Shown here: in pieces, positions 38,117-51,000 of the stretch | Numbering within the stretch: the stretch's first letter is position 1 | Layout: the number at the start of each line of letters is the position of its first letter | Assembly: GCA_043228905.1 (NCBI GenBank) | Contig: JBHGNT010000008.1 | Location: forward strand, 10,044,001-10,108,000 | DNA length: 64,000 nt | Reading direction: 5' to 3' | Source of the DNA: Azolla caroliniana | Lineage: Eukaryota; Plantae; Polypodiophyta | Made by a program: the position numbers and the translations under genes | The notes under the pieces: generated by a model | Seen by the model: only the letters and a program-made list of their open reading frames with translations | Told to the model about the DNA's origin: nothing | Databases searched by the model: none

Positions 38117-41100
38117 ATGACGAGACCAACGCACGACCTGGTTACAGACTGAGCTCGACGCCTCGCCGAACGGCAAAGACAGCGTGAGACTTTCCAGCAA
38201 GCAGCGCAGGAAATTCGCTCGGATCGTTCGTTCTCCAACGAGATCCGGAGAGTCGCGGAGGAATCTCTTCGGTTACAGCAAACTCGCGACCAGGACGACG
38301 GAAGCAGTCTAAGTAGTCTCCGGGAAACCGAACGCCTCCTCGAGGCGCTGGCAAGCGGAGAAAATGAGGCAGAAGCCTTTTCAGCCTACGAATCGGATTC
38401 CGAAGGGGGATACAACGTGCACACGAACTACTGGAGCAGCAACGATACCCCCGGCGGCCCGGAGGACGACGGGTCGGATACCGTGCCGACTCCAGAACCG
38501 GAACCGTTCGACCAGGGCTATCCGGAACCGCAAACGGAAGCCGTCAACCCACCAACACCGGAAGTGGAAGAAGCAAAGCCACCGACACCAACGAAAGAGC
38601 CGGCGAAGGCACCGGAAGAAGAGCCGGTGAAGGAACCGGAAAAAGAACCGGAAGAGGAACTGGAAAAAGCACCGGCAAAACAACCGGAAGTAGAACCGGA
38701 GAGAAAACCGGAAAGATATCAACAAACGCCACTAAACCGCGGCCTAATACTGGACGACGACATGTCGTTCCAATACTCAAAGTATCGCGATGATCCGGAC
38801 GCGGAAGCGCATGTTCATGCCTTCGAGCAGACATGGGAAGCAAATCACGCGTCCCAGCGAATGACACCGGAGGAAGAAGAACGCTCGAAGATAGCGGAAT
38901 TCGGGGTCACGTTGGAAGGACCAGCGACACGATGGCGGCGGACGCAGGACCCGGCGACCATCACAACCATTGCAGAATTAAAAGCAAAATTCTTGCATTT
39001 TTTCCACAAAGAGGTCGACCAGACGACAATGGTGGGCCTGTTTTACACGATCTGACAGGAGGCAGGGGAAAGCATTCCCCAATTCGTCATCCGTTTCCAA
39101 CGAATGCATAGCCAGCTTGCCCGTACACCCCCAGAGGAGGAATTACGGACGATATTTTTAAACGCACTCTGGGAACCGTTACGCACGGTGTGTACGGTGA
39201 TCGACTTTCGAGGAAGCACCATTGACCAGGTCATTGACTGGGTCAGAGAAATGGAAAAGTCAAGCTCATGGCTTACACTGGGAGCACTGCAACGGGCGTT
39301 ACCCACAGATGAAGATCTCCGGTTCCGGCAGGCAATTCAATGCACAATCTGCTTGAATGCCGGACACTCGGCAGTGGAGTGCACCATGCGAACCCAGTGT
39401 GTGATTTGTCAATCCAAGAGTCATACAACGGACCGGTGCGAGTATAACCTGTTAAACCGACAAGCACCACCCGTCCGACGGATCGAACCAAGAAGCAGCC
39501 GAGACGAAGATGAAGATCGTTGGCAAAGAACGCACCGGTACCGACCGGCACAGGATGTCCGGTACGGAGACAGACAAGAGAATGATGGCCGGTACGGGGA
39601 TCGGCATGATAACTACGACCGGTATGAGCGATCGGACCGTTATTGGGAGTCCAACAGACGACACGAGCAATACGACAAAGACCATTCCCCTGGTTACCGA
39701 AGGCACCAGGAGGACTACGGCCGATTTTACGATCCACCACGACAGGACTACCGAAATAAAAATAAGAATAATAAGAAACGTAATTTCAAGAAAGGTGGTC
39801 ACACTAGGGACCCGGAACATGGAACCCCAAGGAGCCAACCGGCACAGAACGCACCACTCACTACGGGACCGACTCCGGCTACCAGCAATGCTGAATCCAG
39901 CAATACCCGTAAAGAGTACTGCTACTACTGCAAGCAGGAAGGCCACTACAGTAACCAGTGCCCGGCAAAGAGCTACGATAAACGACCAACAGTTAATATG
40001 GTGGTTCCGGAAGTGGCGGATGTACAGCAAGTAACCACACGGTCGAAAGGCATGGCCAAAGAGTGGGAAACACAAGAGGCCATACGAAAACAGGCGACGG
40101 AATGGGTGAAGGAAGCCAATGAAAGGAACGTCGCGGACGCGGAACAGCAAAAGGCGAATACCATAGGGAGTGCCGGCGGTAGCCACGCAGAAAACGAGAC
40201 ATGGCAAGCACTGCAAGAATGTCAGATCACGTTGCCATTAGAAAGACTCTTGCAGCTCGTGCCGCGATTTACGGAAGGACTAAAAACGGTCATGACAGAC
40301 GGTATAGCCCCACCGGCACCAGTCCTCTTCTCGAATCCGGAGGAGGGACCGACGGTGGTGGACACTAGTAGTCCGGTGATTACAGCTATTGTCAAAGGGC
40401 ACGAACTTCCCGGCACAGTAATCGATGGAGGTTCCGGGGTGAACGTAATAAGCCTCCGCACGTGTGATGCCTTGGGTATACATGAATGGGAGCCATGTCC
40501 GTTCTGGCTACGGATGGCGGATACGAGCTTTGTACGACCGACGGGCTTAATACGGAAATTGGAAGTCACCATAGGAGGTCACACATTTCACATCTCGGCT
40601 GTCGTGCTGCAGTGACAGGCGCAAGGCGCGTACCCACTGTTGCTGGGCAGACCATGGTTGAAAACCGCACACATCAAGCAAAATTGGCGGAAAAATATGA
40701 TTACCTTCCGGCGCGGAAAAGCCAAGGTCCGGGTACCGACACAACCACGGACGAGCAACGGTAAGGAATGCACACCGTTGTATGCGGAATGCGTGAACAT
40801 GCTTGAAGGGTTGGCAGACGACGAAGAAGCCCAGTACTTGGAGGAACACCCGAAGATCGTACCACTTTTCGAGATTGACGTAGCTGAAGCCGTAGCGCCA
40901 TACTTGCCGCAGCGGGACGAAACCGAAGCCGAACCAGACAAAGATTCGATTCGGGAATTACGGCAAGCACAGGAAGCGTTGGAACGGGAAATGGCCGTTT
41001 CCCAACGGGTAAAAACATCCCAGCTCGACGAAGTGAACCTAGGAAGCAAGGACGAATCAAAGCCGGTACATATCGCCAAAGAAATGAAGCCGGAAGATAA

Positions 41101-43973
41101 AGCGGCAATGATCAAACTTCTCACGGAGTTTCGCGACGTATTCGCCTGGTCATACGAAGACATGCGAGGGCTGGACCCTCAATTATATCAGCATCAGATC
41201 CACTTAGGCAAGGATGCGAAACCAGTGGCGCAAAGACGTTACCGAATGAACCCCAACTACGCCGCCAAAGTGAAGGAGGAAATCGACAAACTCCTAAGAG
41301 TGGGCTTCATCCGGCCGGTAAAGAAAGCGACGTGGCTGAGCCCCATCGTCGTCGTCCCAAAGAAGAACGGTAAAATCCACGTGTGTGTAGATTACAGGAA
41401 ACTAAATGCAGCCACAATTACGGATGCATTCCCTCTTCCGTTCACGGATGGAGTACTGGATGCCGTCGCCGGCCATGAAGTTTATAGTTTTTTAGACGGG
41501 TTCAGCGGATACAATCAAATCCGGATGCACCCTGACGACCAGGAGAAGACAGCGTTCGTCACCGAATGGGGGGTGTTTGTGGCCGAAGTAATGATGTTCG
41601 GCCTAAAAACGGCACCAGCAACTTTGCAGCGAATCATCATGGAAATCTTCGGCGAATACATTCCAGCCTTCATGCAAGTGTTCCTGGATGACTTCGCAGT
41701 CTATAGCCGGGGAAAAGACCATTTGCAGCACCTACGGTTATGCCTTGAAAAGTGTAGGTTATAACGGCTAAGCTTAAACACGGCAAAATGCATCTTTGGG
41801 GTTTCAAGTGGAATCTTACTGGGACACATTGTAAGTAAGGAGGGCATTGCGGTCGACCCGGACAAAGTAAACGCGATACTAGGGGCACCGGCGCCGAAAA
41901 CGGCCAAAGCACTAAGCCGATTCTTAGGACAGATCCGGTGGCACAGCCGGATGCTCCGTCACTTGGCCGACTTGGCTACACCATTACACACCGCGGTACA
42001 TCGGACACCGTTCCAATGGACGGATACGGAGGATAAGGCATACAATGCCCTGAAGGTACTTTTGTCGCAAGCACCCGTCGTGCAGCCTCCGGATTGGAGC
42101 AAGGAATTTCATGTATTCGTGGACGCTTCCAGCGCCTTAATGCAACTTACGGAGCCTAAATGGTACCGGCCGGTATATTACGCCAGCCGGAAGCTGTCCC
42201 AAGCGGAGAAGAACTATTCGACTACGGAACGGGAGGCCCTGGGCATGATCTACAGTGTAACAAAGTTTCGTCATTACCTATTGGGAAGGAAGTTCTCCTT
42301 TCATGTGGATCACTCGGCCCTCCTGTACTTGGTGTCCAAGCCGTCCCTGACCGGTAAGTTGGCCCGTTGGACCTTGCTGTTGCAGGAGTTCGAATTCGAG
42401 ATCTTCCACCGGCCCGGTATCCAGCATGCCGTAGCAGACTACCTGAGCCGGTTAGAGTCCGGAGAATCAGGCGACGGAGTATCGGATGAATTCCCGGACG
42501 CAGAGTTATTCCGTATCACCCCGGAAACGGCAGCGGACGACACGGTGGCATCAGAAGATAGGTGGCTGACAAACATGCACCAGTTCCTAAGCACGGGCCT
42601 GCCACCGGAGGAAATGAACCGGGACGAGAGGAAACGACTGGCGGTGCAGAGCCGCAATTTCTGTCTGTTACGGGACACTCTCTACCACAAAGGAGCAGAT
42701 GGAATATGGAGACGGGCAGTCTGTAGTGACGAGAAACAAGTAATCTTACGGGAAGCACACTGTGGGGGTTGCCGGAGGACACTATGCCGGGGAAGCAACG
42801 GCAAGGAAAGTATGGCAGAGGGGCTTATGGTGGCCCATGACGTTAAAAGACGCCGTCAAGTATGCTAAGGAATGTGACCTATGCCAACAAATGGGCCAGC
42901 CTACGGAGCAAGCACGGATGCCACACCAACCGGTACTTCCACTAGAGCCATTCCAGAAGTGGGGGTTGGATTTTGTCGGACCATTCAAGCCACCGGCAAT
43001 GAGAACGGGTAATCGTTATGTCATCGTGGCAACAGATTATTGCACTAAATGGGTGGAGGCTAAGGCCTTGAGAGACAATACCGCATCATCCACAGCAAAA
43101 TTCCTGTACGAGAACATTTGGTGCCGATATGGATGTCCGATTGAATTAATCAGCGACCAAGGAGGGCACTTCCTCGGCCAGGTAGTTGAAAGCTTAACAA
43201 CGTTCTATGCCGTGGTCCATAAACGGAGCACACCGTACTACCCACAAGCGAACGGGTTAGCAGAGTCCACCAACAAAACGCTGCAGAACATTCTCCGCAA
43301 AATCGTCAATGAAAACCGGACGGACTGGGATACAAAGCTCCATAGCGCGCTATGGGCGTACCGAACGGCATACAAAACAAGTATCCGGACAACGCCGTTC
43401 CGGTTAGCGTTCGGCTTAGAGGCGGTCATGCCGGTGGAATTTCAGGTACCAAGCTTACGGATCCAACTACGGGAACGGCTGAATGAAAAGGAGTCGAAGG
43501 AAATGCGGCTAGCAGCACTATGCGAACTGGAGGAGCAACGGCTGGCCAGCATCCTACACATGGAACTGGAGCAACGACGACGGAAAGCGTTCGTTGACCG
43601 TCACCGGAAAGGTAATGAGAAGATGTTCGAAATCGGAAAGCCGGTGCTAGTATTCCAAACGAGGATGGGCAAGATGCCGGGTAAACTCCGGTTTAGATGG
43701 ACAGGCCCGTATTGGCTGACACGGGAATACAACGGGTCCTATCAGTTAGGGACACTTGCCGGTGAAGTGCTAGGCAAGTGGGTCAATGGATTTAGACTAA
43801 AGCCCTATAAAGGACCGATGCCAAATAACCCGTTTATGCAGCCCACCGGCACTATACCGGGAACGGTACGGATGAAAGAAAAAGACGACGGGGAACCCAT
43901 AGCAGAGGCGAAGGAAGACACGGTAACCCGTAAGGAAAACGGTAAGGGTCCGAAGGGACCTACGGATGTGTAA
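38117..43973 (+). pseudogene. gag-pol: D gag-pol with a few nonsense mutations and a frameshift
   Basis: Three CCHC knuckles (CTICLNAGHSAVEC, CVICQSKSHTTDRC, CYYCKQEGHYSNQC), PR VIDGGS, RT FLDDF, RH VFVDAS, INT SDQGGHF and WTGPY; no chromodomain. Confidence 0.93.
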
Positions 43974-44335
43974 GATCACATACCGTCATTAAAAAAAAAA
44001 AAAAAAAATCATTAAAAATCGAGGTATGAACGGACGTGAAAGCAAGGAGTGAAAAGGTACGTAGTGGGCATTTAAGTGCCGCCACGCTATTTAATACTAA
44101 AATGGTACACGACGTGTGCATGCTCGGAAAAGGCGCCAAGACGCACAGAGAAAAAGCAGAACGCATGGAAACCTTTTCATTTCGCGAGCCAAGAAGCACA
44201 GAAGCACCAAGGCAGTGGAAGCTTAGCAAACGCGAACTTGCACTCAGAGAACCCCCACGTTCGGAACTCTCTCTCTCTCGCTCTCACTCTCATCACCACT
44301 CTACCTCGCCATCTTTCCTCGACCTCGAAGCAGAC

Positions 44336-47005
44336 ATGGAACCACAAACGCTGTCGGAAGCGGCCAGGAAATGGCTCAGGCAACACGGACTGGATGGGTT
44401 CTTGACCATCATGGAGGCACCACCGCACAAAGAAGCCGACCGGGTCATCAAGGAGCTCGACACAGAAGTCATCACCGAGGAAGCGATCCGTGCGCTAACA
44501 GGCCTTCCGGAGGGAGGTATCTTTCAGATTGATAACCCAACCTCGGAGCAACTCATCCGATATTTCGGTGAGTACTCTGTTGCCGGCAAAGGCTATCGAA
44601 CGCAGGGCGGCGAAGATCCGCTATTCAGAGAGATAGCTCGAGTGCTCCATGAGTACGGCCACGTGTACCCCCGACCCCCTGTCATGCCAAAAAATCGGGC
44701 AGGGATGATCATAGCCACCTATGAAGGGATCAAGGTGGACTGGCCGGTGTTGATTGCAGACGGTTTGTGCGCGGCAATCGACATGGTACGAGGAAAGGAC
44801 GGCAAGGAGGGCCGGAAGCTGTGGCATGCCGTAGCTCAGTGGATAACATTGCTCGTGCCGCCGGTCGAGACCGTTCAGCCAAAGAAGCGGCCAAGATTAT
44901 CGGAAGGAAGCACCTCGAAGCCGGCGTCCAAACGACAGCAGCTGCTGGCGTCGAAGGCGACGAAAGGGAAGAAACGGCTCCCAGAACCGGAGGAGGTGTC
45001 ACCGGTCCGACCCGTTAAGATAACCATACGGCGACCGGGACAGAAGGAACCGGAACCCTTGACGGCACAGAAACATGCCGTTACCCAGGAAGAGGAAACG
45101 GAGGAGCTAGAAGAGCACCTCCAACGACGGTCAAGAAGTAGGACCGCCGGGACAGCGGGGGAGCGTTCGGACCCGCAAAAGGAAGAAACGCCCCCAACTC
45201 AACCTGAGCAAACCACAAGGGAGGAACCGGAACCGGTGCGTATAGAACCGGCCTTGTCGACTTCTATACAAGAAGTCATTCCAACGGCTCCGGAGACGGC
45301 GAAAACCGGAACTCAAGAGCCGGCGAGCCCAGCCAGCACACACGGCGGCCAAGGAGTAGAACCAGAACGGCAGATACAGGCACTCAGGCCAGACAATTCC
45401 ACAGTGAACGAGCCGACCCGACCAGTACAGCAGCAAGGCACCAGTAGCATGTGGCTACGGTGGGTAGGCGAGCAAATCGCCGGAGTGGTCGAGTACATAG
45501 AGGCGGAGGAGAGAGCGCACCACGAACGGTTGCTCGTCACAACCGTAGATCTAGAGACGGCCCGGTCCAGAATCCGGAGCCTTGAACAAGACTTGGAAAG
45601 GGTCACAAGAGAAATGGCTCAATTGGCTTTGACAACACAAGTCCAAGCACCGGTGACTCCGGCCAATGTACAGAATAAAGCGTCAGATCAACCTGTACAT
45701 AGCAATCAGACCCCGGCAACGGAAACCGTTCCGGAGAGAAATGCGGCACAAGCCCAAGAGCTTGCGGATTTAAAGGATGAGCTACCTGCCCAAGAAGCGC
45801 TGAGGAGCCGCGAAAGAGAGTTGAAGACGGCAGCGGAGGCAGAACTCAAAAAGACTGCTGAGAATCTACGTCGGGCCGAGGAGAGCTTACGAAAAGGCCA
45901 CCAAGCGTACGACCGGTTCAAGGAGGAGAAGGAGAAAATGCTGCAAGAGAAGGACAGGCTCCGGAGAAACGCCGAAACAGAAGTAGAGCGCCTGAAAGAG
46001 GAACTCCGGCAGCTAAAGGACCGGGAGGACCGGAACCATCGCCAGATCAACGGCAAGCTCAAACAAAAAATGGAGGAATTTGAGCACTTGCACCGGGAGT
46101 ATAAACGGTTGCAAACGGAGCACAAGGAACGGACGGATGAGCTCCGGCAAGCAGTTGATCGGACCGCAACGGCATACCCTAAGGAACAAGCGGAAACCAG
46201 AAGACGGTTGGAAGAGGCGGAGAAGGTTCGGACGGAGCTCCTCAGGCAACAACAGGCGGAAAAAGAAAGAGCGACGGAGGTACTGCAGAGGCTGCAAACA
46301 ACATATCAAGGGCAGCTGACGTGCTACAGAGAGCAGGCGGAGGATACGGCTAATCTCATTAAGCAGTTGAAGGAGGAACGACAAGTTGTGGAAAGTAGAG
46401 CGCAAATGGGAGCAAGTCGCATCCAGGATATCATGCGGGCCTGGTTGAACTAGACCAAGAGCTTGATTGACAACGGTTCCGTCAAATGGTGGACCAAGTG
46501 GGCCACGAACGCGGCGGAACTCCAATTGCTCTAGGCCGACGTAGAGAACCGGCGGAAGGAGGGAGATGATTGCTATATGCTGACTCCCGAAGACTTCACC
46601 GGCATAAGAGATGAGCTGGCCGAAGACTTTCAAGCCTTGGCAGAGGACCAAATAGAGCAAGTCCGGCAACTTGTAGCTCAGCTGGACGACGACAGGCTGG
46701 AGGCGCAGATCCAGTTTGAAAGCTACGAGAGGTCCCGGATCCGGGAAGAGAAAGCACGAGAACCGGTTACGGTCAACCTCAGTGATGAGGAACCGTTACT
46801 GGAAGGAGACCGGACCGGAAGCAGTCAAACGGGGATGCCGGAGTCAGAGAAACAAACGGAGCAGCCGCCTATAGAGCAGCCAGAGCAGTCTCAGTCCCAA
46901 CCACAACCACAGCAGCAGCAGCAAGCACAGCCGCAACAACCACAACCGGAAGAACAAGTGGAAACTCTGGAACAAAGTATTTTGGACAATTTGGGTGAAC
47001 AATGA
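44336..47005 (+). CDS. Extra ORF3 of D (about 890 codons, broken near 46451): conserved N-terminal domain, coiled coil, Q-rich tail
   Basis: ORFs 44036-46453 and 46577-47005; likely start MEPQ at 44336 after a CT-rich leader; the stop at 46451 is CAG in D'. Confidence 0.8.
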
Positions 47006-47017
47006 AGGGGCCGAGAA

Positions 47018-47055
47018 GGGTTCGACGTACAAGGTACTGTCCCACGGGCGTGCCA
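47018..47055 (-). promoter_or_regulatory. Second, opposite-strand PBS (tRNA-Arg(UCU)-like) in the place of the PPT
   Basis: Minus strand reads LTR-CA-TGGCACGCCC-GTGGGAC-(13 nt)-TCGAACCC; also at 48503-48540 and, diverged, at 11885-11926. Confidence 0.75.
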
Positions 47056-47924
47056 TGTGTTACCGGCCGGCAAGGAGTCCAAAATACGGAGTGAAGGAAT
47101 TAATTAAGTATGGTTGTAAATAAGTATAGTGTGGACGGACGGACTGGAAACGGTATGCCGTTCCAGATCCGGACGGATCCCGAATAGGTGCGATAGGCAC
47201 CGTTTTGTACTACGGGCCGGAAACCTATTTAAAGGCCCGGACCCCATTGTAATCGCAGCGGATAATTAATAGAGCATATGGTGTTTATACTTCTGTGTTG
47301 ATTTCCGTTCTGTAATTACTGTTATATCTTACGCGTGTAATTAACAAAAGCGCTCTAATCGTGTAACCTACGTAAGTCGGTGTAATCGTTGAGTCTTAAT
47401 CCTATGCCGTAATCACCCTTTGGTGAAGTGTCTCCGTGACACCTTGTGTTAGGCCTTGTCCGGTCAGAGAATAACAAAGAAGAACGGCACGTTGCGCTTC
47501 ATTCAGGACCTGCAACCGGTCAACAAGGTGACCATCTGTAATGCAGGGATCGGACTAACCATAGACGTGTTCGCGGAGGACTTCGCTGGAAGGTCGATCT
47601 ATTCTGTCGGTGATCTATACTCGGGGTACGATCAGTTCCAACTAGCCGTGGAGAGCAGAGACATTACGACGATGTGGACTCCTCTCGGCCTAGTGCGGAT
47701 GTGTAACCTGCCACAAGGAGGGACGAACTCAGTGGCTCACATGGTGAACGCGATGAACAAAGTGCTCAGGGATTGTATCCCAGACATCACCATGCCATTC
47801 TTAGAAAACATCCCGATCAAGGGATGCCCGGTGGAGAAAAGGGACGAGGCAATCGGGCCAGACAGATGTCGGAATTTCGTGGCGTCCCACATCGATGACT
47901 GTGAGAAGAGTGGTGCAGAGACTA

Positions 47925-48024
47925 NNNNNNNNNNNNNNNNNNNNNNNNNNNNNNNNNNNNNNNNNNNNNNNNNNNNNNNNNNNNNNNNNNNNNNNNNNNN
48001 NNNNNNNNNNNNNNNNNNNNNNNN
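47925..48024. other. Assembly gap (100 N)
   Basis: Run of N inside the C2 RT, between D and D'. Confidence 1.
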
Positions 48025-48080
48025 ACTGGATCCCGCACTACGCACATGTCGCCGGAACCCCTCTACGGACTATTGAAAAA

Positions 48081-51000
48081 TGTTATTCTCTGACCGGACA
48101 AGGCCTAACACAAGGTGTCACGGAGACACTTCACCAAAGGGTGATTACGGCATAGGATTAAGATTCAACGATTACACCGACTTACGTAGGTTACACGATT
48201 ATAGTGCTTTTGTTAATTACACGCGTAAGATATCACAGTAACTACAGAACGGAAATCAACACAGAAGTATAAACACCATATGCTCTATTAATTATCCGCT
48301 ACGATTACAATGGGGTCCGGGCCTTTAAATAGGTTTCCGGCCCGTAGTACAAAACGGTGCCTATCGCACCTATTCGGGATCCGTCCGGATCTGGAACGGC
48401 ATACCGTTTCCAGTCCGTCCCGTCCACACTATGCTTATTTACAACCATACTTAATTAATTCCTTCACTCCGTATTTTGGACTCCTTGCCGGCTGGTAACA
48501 CATGGCACGCCCGTGGGACAGTACCTTGTACGTCGAACCCTTCTCGGCCCCTTCATTGTTCACCCAAATTGTCCAAAATACTTTGTTCCAGAGTTTCCAC
48601 TTGTTCTTCCGGTTGTGGTTGTTGCGGCTGTGCTTGTTGCTGCTGCTGTGGTTGCGGTTGGGACTGAGGCTGCTCCGGCTGCTCTATAGGCGGCTGCTCC
48701 GTTTGTTTCTCTGACTCCGGCATCCCTGTTTGACTGCTTCCGGTCCGGTCTCCTTCCAGTAACGGTTCCTCATCACTGAGGTTGACCGTTACTGGTTCTC
48801 GTGCTTTCTCTTCCCGGATCCGGGACCTCTCGTAGCTTTCAAACTGGATCTGCGCCTCCAGCCTGTCGTCGTCCAGCTGAGCTACAAGTTGCCGGACTTG
48901 CTCTAGTTGGTCCTCTGCCAAGGCTTGAAAGTCTTCGGCCAGCTCATCTCTTATGCCGGTGAAGTCTTCGGGAGTCAGCATATAGCAATCATCTCCTCCT
49001 TCCGCCGGTTCTCTACGTCGGCCTAGAGCAATTGGGAGTTCCGCCGCGTTCGTGGCCCACTTGGTCCACCATTTGACGGAACCGTTGTCAATCAAGCTCT
49101 TGGTCTGGTTCAACCAGGCCGCATGATATCCTGGATGCGACTTGCTCCCATTTGCGCTCTACTTTCCACAACTTGTCGTTCCTCCTTCAACTGCTTAATG
49201 AGATTAGCCGTATCCTCCGCCTGCTCTCTGTAGCACGTCAGCTGCCCTTGATATGTTGTTTGCAGCCTCTGCAGTACCTCCGGTTCTCTTTCTTTTTCCG
49301 CTGTTGTTGCCTGAGGAGCTCCGTCCGAACCTTCTCCGCCTCTTCCAACCGTCTTCTGGTTTCCGCTTGTTCCTTAGGGTATGCTGTTGCGGTCCGATCA
49401 ACTGCTTGCCGGAGCTCATCCGTCCGTTCCTTGTGCTCCGTTTGCCAACCGTTTATACTCCCGGTGCAAGTGCTCAAATTCCTCCATTTTTTGTTTGAGC
49501 TTGCCGTTGATCTGGCGATGGTTCCGGTCCTCCCGGTCCTTTAGCTGCCGGAGTTCCTCTTTCAGGCGCTCTACTTCTGTTTCGGCGTTTCTCCGGAGCC
49601 TGTCCTTCTCTTGCAGCATTTTCTCCTTCTCCTCCTTGAGCCGGTCGTACGCTTGGTGGCCTTTTCGTAAGCTCTCCTCGGCCCGACGTAGATTCTCAGC
49701 AGTCTTTTTGAGTTCTGCCTCCGCTGCCGTCTTCAACTCTCTTTCGCGGCTCCTCAGCGCTTCTTGGGCATCTAGCTCATCCTTTAAGTCCGCAAGCTCT
49801 TGGGCTTGTGCCGCATTTCTCTCCGGAACGGTTTCCGTTGCCGGGGTCTGATTGCTATGTACAGGTTGATCTGACGCTTTATTCTGTACATTGCCCAGAG
49901 TCACCGGTGCTTGGACTTGTGTTGTCAAAGCCAATTGAGCCATTTCCCTTGTGACCCTGTCCAAGTCTTGTTCAAGGCTCCGGATTCTGGACCGGGCCGT
50001 CTCTAGATCTACAGTTGTGACGAGCAACCGTTCGTGGTGCGCTCTCTCCTCCGCCTCTATGTACTCGACCGCTCCGACGATCTGCTCGCCTACCCACCGT
50101 AGCCACATGCTACTGGTGCCTTGCTGCTGTACTGGTCGGGTCGGCTCGTTCACTGTGGAATTGTCTGGCCTGAGTGCCTCTATCTGCCGTTCTTGGCCGC
50201 TGTGTGTGCTGGCTGGGCTCGCCGGCTGTTGAGTTCCGGTTCTCGCCATCTCCGGAGCCGTTGGAATGACTTCTTGTATAGAAGTCGACAAGGCCGGTTC
50301 TATACGAACCTGTTCCGGTTCCTCCCTTGTGGTTTGCTCAGGTTGAGTTGGGGGCGTTTCTTCCTTTTGCGGGTCCGAACGCTCCCCCGCTGTCCCGGCG
50401 GTCCTACTTCTTGACCGTCGTTGGAGGTGCTCTACTGGCTCCTCCGTTTCCTCTTCCTGGGTAACGGCATGTATCTGTGCCGTCAAGGGTTCCGGTTCCT
50501 TCTGTCCCGGTCGCCGTATGGTTATCTTAACGGGTGGGACCGGTGACACCTCCTCCGGTTCTGGGAGCCGTTTCTTCCCTTTCGTCGCCTTCGACGCCAG
50601 CAGCTGCTGTCGTTTGGACGCGAGGTGCTTCCTTCCGATAATCTTGGCCGCTTCTTTGGCTGAACGGTCTCGACCGGCGGCACGAGCAATGTTATCCACT
50701 GAGCTACGACATGCCACAGCTTCCAGCCCTCCTTGCCGTCCTTTCCTCGTACCATGTCGATTGCCGCGCACAAACCGTCTGCAATCAACACCGGCCAGTC
50801 CACCTTGATCCCTTCATAGGTGGCTATGATCATCCCTGCCCGATTTTTTGGCATGACAGGGGGTCGGGGGTACACGTGGCCGTACTCATGGAGCACTCGA
50901 GCTATCTCCCTGAATAGCGGATCTTCGCCGCCCTACGTTCGATAGCCTTTGCCGGCTACAGAGTACTCACCGAAATATCGGATGAGTTGCTCCGAGGTTG

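Larger units (their letters stand above)
37645..47476 (+). mobile_element. Full-length non-chromovirus Ty3/Gypsy element D with extra 3' ORF
   Basis: 419-bp LTRs at 37645-38063 and 47058-47476 (one difference noticed); TSD AAGAA splits host RT LKKNG; PBS TGGCGACCAC at 38070; no PPT beside the 3' LTR. Confidence 0.97.

Noticed and set aside
38385-41870. Segment missing in D' as a spliced intron
   Set aside because: The ends are CC..AA, not GT..AG.
47001-47020. Purine-rich AATGAAGGGGCCGAGAAGGG as the PPT of D
   Set aside because: It lies about 37 nt from the LTR boundary, which is fixed by the 5' LTR and TSD, and it is poorly conserved in A. It cannot be fully excluded.
47790-47820. RT motif FLENI in C2 as a novel catalytic variant
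   Set aside because: More simply decay of FLDDI in an already disrupted copy.
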